Source: Macrostomum hystrix
Taxonomy: Eukaryota; Animalia; Platyhelminthes
Length of the DNA: 64,000 bases
Direction: 5' to 3'
NCBI GenBank assembly: GCA_950097015.1
Contig: CATNEN010000038.1
Span: forward strand, 2,852,001 to 2,916,000
The position numbers and the translations under genes are program-made. A model generated the notes under the pieces. The model was not told the DNA's origin, did no database searches, and worked only from the letters and a program-made list of their open reading frames with translations. Below are positions 1 through 11,070 of the stretch, in pieces; position 1 is the stretch's first letter, and every line of letters begins with the position of its first letter.

Positions 1-1177
1 TAGATGTGAGAATACGGGATGAGATGTGAGAATACGGGATGAGATGTGAGAATATGGGATGAGATGTGAGAATAATAAGTGAGATGTGAGAATATGGGAT
101 GAGATGTGAGAATAATAAGTGAGATGTGAGAATATGGGATGAGATGTGAGAATAATAAGTGAGATGTGAGAATACGGGATGAGATTTGAGAATACGGGAT
201 GAGGTGTGAGAATAATAAGTGAGATGTGAGAATATGGGATGAGATGTGAGAATATGGGATGAGATGTGAGAATATGGGATGAGGTGTGAGAATACGGGAT
301 GAGATTTGAGAATACGGGATGAGGTGTGAGAATAATAAGTGAGATGTGAGAATATGGGATGAGATGTGAGAATATGGGATGAGATGTGAGAATATGGGAT
401 GAGGTGTGAGAATACGGGATGAGATGTGAGAATACGGGATGAGGTGTGAGAATAATAAGTGAGATGTGAGAATAATAAGTGAGATGTGAGAATATGAGAT
501 GAGATGTGAGAATAATAAGTGAGATGTGAGAATATGGGATGAGATGTGAGAATAATAAGTGAGATGTGAGAATATGGGATGAGATGTGAGAATACGGGAT
601 GAGATGTGAGAATACGGGATGAGGTGTGAGAATACGGGATGAGGTGTGAGAATACGGGATGAGATGTGAGAATACGGGATGAGGTGTGAGAATACGGGAT
701 GAGATGTGAGAATATGGGATGAGATGTGAGAATATGGGATGAGATGTGAGAATACAGAGTGAGATATGAGAATACAGAGTGAGATATGAGAATACAGAGT
801 GAGATATGAGAATACAGAGTGAGATATGAGAATACAGAGTTAGATATGAGAATACAGAGTGAGATATGAGAATACAGAGTGAGATATGAGAATACAGAGT
901 GAGATATGAGAATACAGAGTGAGATATGAGAATACAGAGTGAGATATGAGAATACAGAGTGAGATATGAGAATACAGAGTGAGATATGAGAATACAGAGT
1001 GAGATATGAGAATACAGAGTGAGATATGAGAATACAGGGTGAGATATGAGAATACATGGTGAGATATGAGAATACAGGGTGAGATATGAGAATACATGGT
1101 GAGATATGAGAATACAGGGTAAGATATGAGAATACAGAGTGAGATATGAGAATACAGAGTTAGATATGAGAATACAT
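1..1177. repeat. 20-bp minisatellite with two sub-arrays
   Basis: GAGATGTGAGAATAYGGGAT-type units switch to GAGATATGAGAATACAGAGT at ~740. Confidence 0.95.
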
Positions 1178-1477
1178 ATATGCTCTGTTTTGCATTAGTA
1201 CAAGTAGTGTGTTAAAATGCGTTTCAATTTCCAGTTATGTTGTTCTTTGCTTTTGTTTTGTAACAGTTCTGGACTGACTGGCCTTTCAGAAGTTTGAAGA
1301 CGTACAGTGCATTCTTATTTTAAATGCTCACAGACCATTGTTCTTGTAATTTATCATTGGTCAACAACTGTTCTAAGATCAGCTAATAAATCATGTAGAG
1401 ATCTTCACTTGCAATCCTGCTGGTTCTTTTGACTCTTTCTATGCGGCTTTATATTCATAGGTGTCACTTCCATTGTG

Positions 1478-2498
1478 TTATAGGGTGAGATTTCCCTAGT
1501 GACTGGTTGTTTATAGGGTGAGATTTCCCTAGTGACTGGTTGTTTATAGGGTGAGATTTCCCTAGTGACTGGTTGTTTATAGGGTGAGATTTCCCTAGTG
1601 ACTGGTTGTTTATAGGGTGAGATTTTCCTAGTGACTGGTTGTTTATAGGGTGAGATTTCCCTAGTGACTGGTTGTTTATAGGGTGAGATTTTCCTAGTGA
1701 CTGCTTGTTTATAGGGTGAGATTTCCCTAGTGACTGGTTGTTTATAGGGTGAGATTTCCCTAGTGACTGGTTGTTTATAGGGTGAGATTTCCCTAGTGAC
1801 TGGTTGTTTATAGGGTGAGATTTCCCTAGTGACTGGTTGTTTATAGGGTGAGATTTCCCTAGTGACTGGTTGTTTATAGGGTGAGATTTCCCTAGTGACT
1901 GGTTGTTTATAGGGTGAGATTTTCCTAGTGACTGGTTGTTTATAGGGTGAGATTTCCCTAGTGACTGGTTGTTTATAGGGTGAGATTTCCCTAGTGACTG
2001 GTTGTTTATAGGGTGAGATTTCCCTAGTGACTGGTTGTTTATAGGGTGAGATTTCCCTAGTGACTGGTTGTTTATAGGGTGAGATTTCCCTAGTGACTGG
2101 TTGTTTATAGGTTGAGATTTCCCTAGTGACTGGTTGTTTATACGATGAGATTTCCCTAGTGACTGGTTGTTTATAGGGTGAGATTTTCCTAGTGACTGCT
2201 TGTTTATAGGGTGAGATTTCCCTAGTGACTGGTTGTTTATAGGGTGAGATTTCCCTAGTGACTGGTTGTTTATAGGGTGAGATTTCCCTAGTGACTGGTT
2301 GTTTATAGGGTGAGATTTCCCTAGTGACTGGTTGTTTATAGGGTGAGATTTCCCTAGTGACTGGTTGTTCATAGGGTGAGATTTTCCTAGTGACTGGTTG
2401 TTTATAGGTTGAGATTTCCCTAGTGACTGGTTGTTTATAGGGTGAGATTTCCCTAGTGACTGGTTGTTTATAGGGTGAGATTTCCCTAGTGACTGGTT
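1478..2498. repeat. 33-bp minisatellite (~31 copies)
   Basis: Unit TTGTTTATAGGGTGAGATTTCCCTAGTGACTGG. Confidence 0.95.
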
Positions 2499-2636
2499 AT
2501 TCGTAAAGAGGGACTTCGGTAGGGTTAGTTGTAAAATAGTGAGATTTCCCAATCGAGAGTTCTGTTTTCAGATACGATTCCTTTATAAGTGCTCAACTTT
2601 TATCACAATTAAATTTAGCTCGTGTTTTTTTTTCAG

Positions 2637-2673
2637 CGGCAAAACTTTCTTTTTCAAGAGCCTGTTGCTCCTG

Positions 2674-2710
<37 letters not shown>

Positions 2711-5700
2711 ATCAGACATCGATCCATTAGACGCCATATTGAACTCCTATACCGATCAGCTCAGCATAGTTGAGCAGCCTGCCGAATTCCATCAGTTCCG
2801 GTACCTGAAGGACACTGAAGATAGTCGTCTGGGCGGCATTCTGAAGGGTCGCCACAGCGGGCCCAACGGTGAGAGCTTCACCCGGGTGCGCATCAAAGGT
2901 CTGGAGCCTCCAGTCCGCTCCTTCTGTTTGCGCGGCTGTACCCTCACACCGCAGCTGGGCCCGCATCCATTTCGGCTGCACGGAGACGACTGCAGAGACG
3001 GCGCTCTGCTCATAAATAGAGAGGTGTCGAAGAAGCAAGCGGACGTTGGCGAGTGCGATCTCAGGTGCGAATCCAGCCTTGGTATCTGCGTATTTTTCAA
3101 CTCATAACTGCGAGCACTTCGCAAATTTCCAAGATACATTCATGGGTTGGAGGAATTCCACAACGCTTTTAAGTTGGAGGCAAAAATCGTGTGTTGCACC
3201 AACTGAAAATATTACGTCATAAATTATATGGAAAATTCCTGTGTTAAGATTTGCGGACAATTCCACGATGTTTAAATTGAAAGGAAAACGCTTTTCAGTT
3301 TATAGAATACTTTTTAATGAGTCTCATTTAGGAATTTCCACCATATGGATCAACATTTACCGCCCTTAATGATGAATTAACTTTTAAAGCTGTCCAAATT
3401 AGCATCGTCGATATATTCAGCAATTCTTGTCGGAGACCCTGGTGACGAGGACAGCTAACAATGCTCTGAATAAAACTCTGTATGGCAAATTCATTTTGTT
3501 AAAAATGTAATGTTGTACCGGTCGTCCTGCTAACAATGCGGGATCCGGCGAACTCCAATATGAAGTCCAAGAATACTAGGTAGTGTAGTAGTAGCGCTGC
3601 CACCAGGGCGTCAGGACTTCTGCCTTCGGTGAGGTGAAGGATCCTTGGCCCGAAAAAGAGATAAAGTCACGAAGTCTTGAGAAGCGCACACCGTGCAGAG
3701 TTTCAGTCGCAGTCAAAGGCTGTCAGTGTCCTGCGTAGCTCGGGTGGTGGAGGAAGGCTAAGTTAGTTTCGGGACTTAGCCAGAACTGAGCTTCCGAGCA
3801 GTCACACGCAGAGACTGAAGTGGGAACTTAGACACTGATGGCACTGTGACTATAACAAGGTCGGAGTATCGCTATTAGAAAAGAACCTAACCTGAACCGA
3901 ACAGCTAACAGCTCCTGAAGAGCCAGAGGAGCGGGGGCTTTCTTTTATAGGCAAGGGCCTCCCATAGGGTCACGTGGTTTCTAAAAATAGCAACTGACGT
4001 CAGTGGCGCCAGAAACGTCACTCCTACGTAGGCTCCTGTCCCATAATCAAAGCCCCCAGTGCAGTAAACATGTTTACGTGCACTTTAAAAGACAAAGAGA
4101 GAGGCCAGTCACATGAGGAGAATCACGTGCTGACTGAGGGCAGACAAACACACACAAAGAAAAGGACAGGGTCAACGAAGCCAGCGCGGGACAAAGAGGT
4201 GATGGCTCATCCCTGGGGGGAGGAGACAGCACACTCAAAGTACAGGCGCGGCCGGGGAAGGCAAGGGCAGAGAGGGACAGACCAGACAACGCCAGAGAGG
4301 GCGGGCCGGGCAGCCACTCAATGCCAGCAAAAGGGACACCTAAGCTACCTTGCAGGTGGGGCTACTGACAGCCAGTAAGACACCAATAGGCCCCTAAGCA
4401 GTGGCTCACTACAGTAATAACTAACAATATAATCAAATAATATATTAAATGTATTATGTCTTCGTTATGTCTTTATTAGTAGTTTTCGCCAGGGGGATGG
4501 TGGCAGAACGGTTAACGCGTTTGACTCTGGCACCGAGGTCCCTGAGCTCGATTCCGCGGCGAGGTCACATTAATTTGGGGCGCAGTCGCGGAGAGAAGGC
4601 TTGGCGGCTTGTCGTGCAATTTACGCCCTTGAGGGCCAACCTCCAAGGCACAGTGAAAGTGTACTTACTTACTTACTTTGCAGGGGGGCCTGGGGCACTT
4701 GACGCACAAACACAGGAACGGCATGCCCCCAGGCCGGCGAACTAGGCGAGAGCCGCCCATCGCGCCGCCTCCCCTGAGCAGGCACCTCACACACACAGCA
4801 GCAAGCCAAGCGGGGAAGGGGGCGGCAGCCGGAGTGCCTCTCACCCCAGGCCCGCACACGCACAGAGCAGACCAAGCCGGGGCGGAAGGCTGATAGAAAT
4901 CAGTCCTCAGGGGGGGCGGGTGACGAGTGTACACTTTATCCAATCGCGCTGACGGAAATCCAGATGAGCGCGCGGCGGTGTACACAGTGAAAGTGTACAC
5001 TGCCTGACGATGTACACACCTGGTGTGAGCGTGTTTGCTCAGGAGTCAGCGAAATGGGCAGAATTGTCTCCTGGTACACCTCGCTGCAATTATTTATATT
5101 GTGGTTTTGCGACCTGGATGACTCAGATCTGAACGATTGGATTCGTTGCCAATGACGATGTTTCCTTTACTGGTATCTGTTTCATTACGTGTTAGATTGA
5201 ATACAGTTTTTACTGGTGTATTTACTCGAGCGATATGATGTTTTTAGGTATTGGAATTTTCATTAAACGTTGAATTTTGAACTGAATTTATCATGGATGA
5301 TAATGAACCTAGAAGTTTCTTATTTACTGTTACTGAAAAGCGTAAATTTGAACAACGTGTTCTGTTTTATTACTACGGCTTGTTCAGCTATTGTAGGCGA
5401 TAATTGGCTAGATTTTTCAGATATTTCACCCAGACCGAATTATGTCGTAGTATCTTATATTAAGTTTAACAGTGCAGTTCAAAACACAAATTGCTTTCAA
5501 TAAAAGAGTTAGTACAGATTCTTCGACGGCAGAATGCAGCTTAGGAACAATGAGAGTCATGCGCGAGCTGGGACAGAGTCGAGTTCTCGGCTTCAATCCG
5601 GATCTCAGCGGCTTTGGTAAGAATGCGCTAAAATTTGTAGCACCTGATTGGACTGCTCAAGTAGTGCTACTCAAATCAAAGCGAGATCCAAATTCATTGA

Positions 5701-8615
5701 ATCAAACTTCAGTTGTTCAGCAGCAGCCGCAGCAGCAGAAGAAAAGCTGGGGAGAACTTCTGCTCTGCTTCCAAGTGTTCTACACCATGACTGATGGCAG
5801 CCAGACTGCCAGCAATCCTGTGCTTACCGATGTCATCAAAAACAAGAGTAAGCTGGACTATGGCACAAATCACTGTCTCTAAACTCTGTACTACTTACTG
5901 AGTCTTACTACTTACTATTTTTTTAATAGTAAGTAGTAAGTAATGGCACATTACTTAGTAGTAAGTAGTAAGTAAGTAGTAAGTAGTAAGTAGTAAGTAG
6001 TAAGTAAGTAAGTAAGTAAGTAGTAAGTATTTACTTAGTAGTAAGTAAGTAAGTAGTAAGTAGTAAGTAGTAAGTAAGTAAGTAAGTAGTAAGTAGTAAG
6101 TAAGTAGTAAGTAGTAAGTAATTAAGTAAGTAGTAAGTAGTTACTTAGTAGTAAGTAGTAAGCAATAGTAAGTAATGGCACAAATCACTGTCTCTAAACT
6201 CTGTACTACTTACTGAGTACTTACTACTTACTATTTTTAGAGGCCAACCTATCCATCGACTGCATCTTTCCGCGCGAGACAGCGCTCAACGGTGGCCAAA
6301 AGATACACATCTATTTCATGAAGAGTCTCACAGGCAAGACCTCAGATTCTGATTAGTGTTCTAGTTTGCGTTTACTACTTTAACCAATCCCTGATTGCCG
6401 ATTCACTTTGCAGCCACCGACCCCCAGGAGTACGATATCTTCATTAGGCCTGATGGGGTCAAAGATGAGAGAAACGAAGTTCGCCTGAACCCGTGTGAGG
6501 TCAAACCAGTGAGTTCTCAATGAGCTCTCAATCACAATCAGTTAGGTAGATGTGCAGATCTGCAGGCAATCAGTTAGGTAGATGTGCAGATCTGCAGGCA
6601 ATCAGTTAGCTAGATCTGCAGATCTGCAGGCAATCAGTTAGCTAGATCTGCAGATCTGCAGGCAATCAGTTAGCTAGATCTGCAGATCTGCAGGCAATCA
6701 GTTAGCTAGATCTGCAGATCTGCAGGCAATCAGTTAGGTAGATGTGCAGATCTGCAGGCAATCAGTTAGCTAGATCTGCAGATCTGCAGGCAATCAGTTA
6801 GCTAGATGTGCAGATCTGCAGGCAATCAGTTAGCTAGATCTGCAGATCTGCAGGCAATCAGTTAGGTAGATGTGCAGATCTGCAGGCAATCAGTTAGCTA
6901 GATCTGCAGGCAATCAGTTAGGTAGATGTGCAGATCTGCAGGCAATCAGTTAGCTAGATGTGCAGATCTGCAGGCAATCAGTTAGGTAGATGTGCAGATC
7001 TGCAGGCAATCAGTTAGGTAGATGTGCAGATCTGCAGGCAATCAGTTAGCTAGATCTGCAGATCTGCAGGCAATCAGTTAGGTAGATGTGCAGATCTGCA
7101 GGCAATCAGTTAGCTAGATCTGCAGGCAATCAGTTAGGTAGATGTGCAGATCTGCAGGCAATCAGTTAGCTAGATGTGCAGATCTGCAGGCAATCAGTTA
7201 GGTAGATGTGCAGATCTGCAGGCAATCAGTTAGGTAGATGTGCAGATCTGCAGGCAATCAGTTAGCTAGATCTGCAGATCTGCAGGCAATCAGTTAGCTA
7301 GATCTGCAGATCTGCAGGCAATCAGTTAGCTAGATCTGCAGATCTGCAGGCAATCAGTTAGCTAGATCTGCAGATCTGCACACAGCCTGTTATTCAGTTT
7401 CAACTAGCTTAATCATTCCCGCAGAATTTCTTGGTGCTGGAGACGCCAGCAGACGGCAGTTTGCGCAACCGTCTTGGTCCCTCGCACGAACGGATTAACA
7501 CGAATCTCAGAGTCCACTGTCGCAACAGCGGCCAGCAGAGCAAAGAGATCGCATTGCTCTTCACCGACTCATGCGCCGGCTGCGGCCGTAGGATTCAGCA
7601 CGGAGCTGATTTGGCTCATCCGCGTAAGACTCAGCATCTCAGCACTCGATTTCAAGGCCAGATTATTTATCCAGAATTACACACCGCGTTCTTCAGTAGC
7701 CAGAGTTCTAATTAAAGCAGTGCCACTAGCTCGTACAAGCTTTTCTAGAATCTAGGGGATACCTACAATATGTACAACAGAGATCGACAAGCTCTCTGGT
7801 GCACCAGCTTGATATGGCACCGAAGACCCCCTGCATCTTTTTGCTCTTTGTAGACATCTAGATAGCCCCTTGCATCAGGCCCTGTTCCCGTCTCCCGTGT
7901 GTCACCTCTCCCCAATTGCCATCTCTTCCTCTGTTCCCATTCCTCCTCTATTCCCATCCCTCCTCTATTCGCATCTCTCCCGTATTCCCATCCCTCCTCT
8001 ATTTCCATTCCTCCTCTATTCCCATCCCTCTCCTATTCGCATCTCTCCCGTATTCCCATCCCTCCTCTATTTCCATCCCTCCTCTATTCGCATCTCTCCC
8101 GTATTCCCATCCCTCCTCTATTTCCATTCCTCCTCTATTCCCATCTCTCTCCTATTCGCATCTCTCCCGTATTCCCATCCCTCCTCTATTTCCATTTCTC
8201 CTCTATTCTCATCTCTCTCCTATTCGCATCTCTCCCGTATTCCCATCCCTCCTCTATTTCCATTCCCATCTTTCCATGTATACCACCTCACTGCTGCCAA
8301 TGAGCCAATCTGACCCGCTGTTAACTTTTAGGTTATTTTTCCATTATTAGAGGACTGTCTCTGTCTCGGACTATCCTGTACAGGATACTAACGTTTAATT
8401 ATTGTAAAAATCCAATTATAAAGGCTTTTATTTCACTTTCAGCGCCAACCAAACAGCAGCGTTTGGAAAGAAGTTTATTAAATTCTGCAGAAGAAGACAG
8501 CGAACTCAACGCGGCATTGACGGATGAGTTCTTGGAAAACATGGAGTCCTATTTATTAAACGAGCCGAACGAGTTATTGTATGACTTTGGAGAACTGCCA
8601 GAACCGGGACAGTGA
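2637..8615 (+). CDS. Divergent Rel/NF-kB-family transcription factor (RHD + IPT + acidic C-terminal tail, no ankyrin repeats); 5' start not identified
   Basis: Exons approx. 2637-3064/3081, ~5473-5847, 6241-6333, 6414-6508, 7425-7623, 8443-8615(TGA). Motifs align with the RHD: LSIVEQPAEFHQFRY, ESFTRVRIKG, PHPFRLHGDDCRDG, LLCFQVF..NPVLTDVIKNK. IPT motifs: NLSIDCIFPRETALNGGQKIHIYF, FLVLETP, LRVHCRNSGQQSKEIALLF. The junction between the first two listed exons is uncertain. Confidence 0.8.
3584..4413 (-). mobile_element. Solo LTR (~830 bp) in a Rel gene intron
   Basis: Termini TGTAGT...ACTACA; GC-richer than flanks; minus-strand TATAAAAG near 3943-3950; CACGTG and TGACGTCA motifs; flanks GTAG/GTAA are only an imperfect 4-bp TSD. 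Confidence 0.6.
4492..5098 (+). mobile_element. tRNA-derived SINE (family A), interrupted by a nested insertion
   Basis: A-box TGGCAGAACGG and B-box GCTCGATTCC; body matches copies at 37903-38254(-), 60787-61178(+), 42210-42395(-), ~13985-14205, 9893-9997. Confidence 0.8.
4665..4982 (-). mobile_element. 318-bp retroposed insertion with (TAAG)n tail
   Basis: Flanked by a 16-bp direct repeat CACAGTGAAAGTGTAC (4649-4664, 4983-4998); minus strand ends in AAGTAAGTAAGTAA. Confidence 0.7.
5860..6238. repeat. (AGT/AAGT)n microsatellite between two ~64-bp direct repeats
   Basis: ATGGCACAAATCACTGTCTC...TACTATTTTT at 5860-5924 and 6175-6238. Confidence 0.9.
6536..7380. repeat. 32-bp minisatellite with internal palindrome
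   Basis: Unit CAATCAGTTAGCTAGATCTGCAGATCTGCAGG. Confidence 0.95.
7935..8270. repeat. Pyrimidine-rich compound minisatellite
   Basis: Repeats of TATTCCCATCCCTCCTC and TATTCGCATCTCTCCCG. Confidence 0.9.
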
Positions 8616-9282
8616 TTCCATTGTCAATACTCAGTTGCCAGTTATTACCTAGTGGATGTCACACTAAATAACTTTGTAAGCCTATTTGTTAGCCTTAGAG
8701 ATCGCGTTGGTCATTCACGCACTGCCTTTGCTATTCCTTGCGCCTGTCGTTAGACATCAAACTATTGGGCAACGTTTTTGTTTGTATATATAAAAATATA
8801 TAGAAAAGCATCCGCTTGATTTATTCTAAAAATAGTAAGACACTTCAGTTTACCGAGCTGTTAAATAGGTCCATGGACTGAGCAGCCGTACGCAGCCTTC
8901 ATATGCGCCACGCAATCGTTGCATGTGTAATAAATTATTATTATATTAGTATTGTTTACTTTAATTATCTGGCAAAGAAGCAAGGCACGTTGCTTAATTC
9001 ATAATTGCTTCAGTTCAGTCAGCTTTAAATGAGAACTTTGACTGAGTTTGGCGAGCTTTTCAGTCCAAGGACATCGTGTAGAGCGGTAAAAAACAAATTT
9101 AAAAGACAGTAATTTATTTATCCGAAAGTAATATGCAACATGCTGAAGTTTCTGATTTGCTAGTCAAAGCACAATTATATTTCACACTAATATGTAAGCA
9201 AACGCTACCCAACGCAAAAAATGACTTCAGATTTTCTTTGGCGCACAAAAAGCATAAACAGACAATGTAGAAGATCAGGAGT

Positions 9283-11070
9283 TCAGGGGTGTCCTGTTTC
9301 ATCAGACTGCTCCTGCTGCTGATCTTCCTGGCACAGCACGGCGTCCGTAGCCGCGAGCTGCTGCGCCACCTCATCGGGCACCTCGGCGCTGTGCAAATCG
9401 CCTTCAATCGGATCGTCTGCGATCAGCACGTCGACGACTCGTTCAGCAGCCAGACGCAATCTGGCTGGCAGGCCGTTGGATTTGTGCAGCTCGCGCAGGA
9501 TGAAGTACACGCTGCACTGCTTCAGGTGAGCGCGGCCAGCTGGCGAGGCGCACAACAGCAGCAGCGCGTCCAAACAGCAGGTCATGGTCCAGTCATCGCC
9601 GCGAGTTGCAGCCGCCTCCGGACTGCCCGGCAGGTATTGCAGCGCTGGTGGCAGCCTGGACATGTCCTCGTCGTCAATGACATCCTGCGAGCGACAGGCA
9701 GTTACTAGGGACTAGAGAACAGCCGTTACTACAGGGAGAAATCTATAAGCCATATTTCTGGGACTAGGGTTCCCACACTTTTTACGGATACGACTAAGAG
9801 TTCAATCTTTGTTGAACTCTAGAAATTTCGATGCGACAGATAAAACTGGATTTCACAGAGTTTGTAACAAAGACCCTTATTTCGACTGCCTGCTATAAAG
9901 GCGCTGTGAGAATTTGCTCTGCCTGACGATGAGAAAGTTAGGGCCGAAGAACACACCTGTGTGAGCGTGTGCTTGCATACGGTATCAGTGTATGTCCTCA
10001 TGAGTCACAGGAATGGACAGACCTCGGTGCCAGCCAAGGGTGTAGCCAATGCCACCACCAGACTATTTGCAGTCGCCTCAGAGCACAGATTGGCATGCAG
10101 CTCCGAGCTAAAGCACAGATTCTTCAACAGGCCGTAGAGATAGCGCCGGCGATCCGGCGACAGCTGGGCCGCAGCGAGGCCAGAGGCGGACAGGCAGCCG
10201 CACAGGCGGACGGTTGCGCCTGGCTGGACGACAAGGCGTCGACGGGCCGTCGGCAGCTGGGCGAGGTTCTGCAGCAGGCCGGCGGCGGGATCCAGGCTGC
10301 AACCGCGCCGATTGTAGGCAGCCACACTGACAGCGTGGGCCAGCCTGGTCGGAATTTTCAATATAACAGGCATTACGTTCGGCTGGCCATGGTAGACCTT
10401 ATTTGGGCCGTTTTAAGGAGCTATGGTGGACCTTATTCGGGCCGTTTTGACTAACTACGGTGGACCTTTTTCAGACTGTTTTAACCAGCTATGGTGGACC
10501 TTATTCGGGCCGTTTTTCTAGCCAGTTTTTGCCTTTTTCGTTTAGACTAGATGCGCTGGAACATTTTTTCAGGCAGCCAAGTCAGTGGCCTCACCTGTCA
10601 ATAACAGAGCATTGCTCAGTCTCGTTTCCAAGCCTGGCCAGCAAAGCCTCAGCTAGTTTGGCATCCCGACTCAGATTTAGCAAAGCGCGACCAGCTAAAT
10701 CGGCTTCGGCGCAGTCTGGATCGAGCAGCTGCCCCATCAGCCAACTGACATCAATGACAGCTGCTTTATCATCGGCATTATTGTCATTGGAGTTTGTCAG
10801 CATTCGGGCAGCCCAGCTGCCATCGCCATGGGCAGCCAGATTGATGAGGCATTTCAAAGCGCCAACACTGCCTGGACTGCACTGGGTTATGCCAATGAAG
10901 CGACTCAATAAGCTATTGTCTGCTGACAACTGGTCATGATGATGGGCAAGAGCTGATAGCAGGGCCGACATGCACTGCTCCCAAGTTACATGTTCCTCAT
11001 GAGAGCCAGCTGAAGCCGAGGACCTCAAATTTTCGGCTATGCTGATCAGATCTGCAAGAGTTGAGCCAGC
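9283..11070 (-). CDS. HGH1: HGH1 homolog (FAM203, eEF2 co-chaperone)
   Basis: Phase-consistent exons 11070-10595, 10344-10023, 9684-9283. Motifs ALKCLINLA, LLLNLSR, LKNLCF, PLAG.E..DDEDMSRLPPALQYLP, LLLLCASPAGR, YFILRELH, ERVVDVLIADDP match the HGH1 N/C domains. No in-frame ATG at the start of the first exon. Confidence 0.85.
9893..9997 (+). mobile_element. SINE family A, internal fragment in an HGH1 intron
   Basis: CTGCCTGACGATGAGAAAG...CACACCTGTGTGAGCGTGTGC shared with other copies. Confidence 0.6.

Noticed and set aside
4492-4565. tRNA gene
   Set aside because: A/B boxes are present but no clean cloverleaf; it continues into a multi-copy SINE body.
5617-5640. 24-nt in-frame mini-intron GTAAGA...GTAG in a Rel exon
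   Set aside because: Probably too short to splice, and the frame is open without it; cannot be decided without RNA data.
9918-9946. Hammerhead ribozyme core in the SINE (CTGACGA...GAAA)
   Set aside because: Only 3 nt lie between the motifs (no stem II); the region folds as a simple hairpin.
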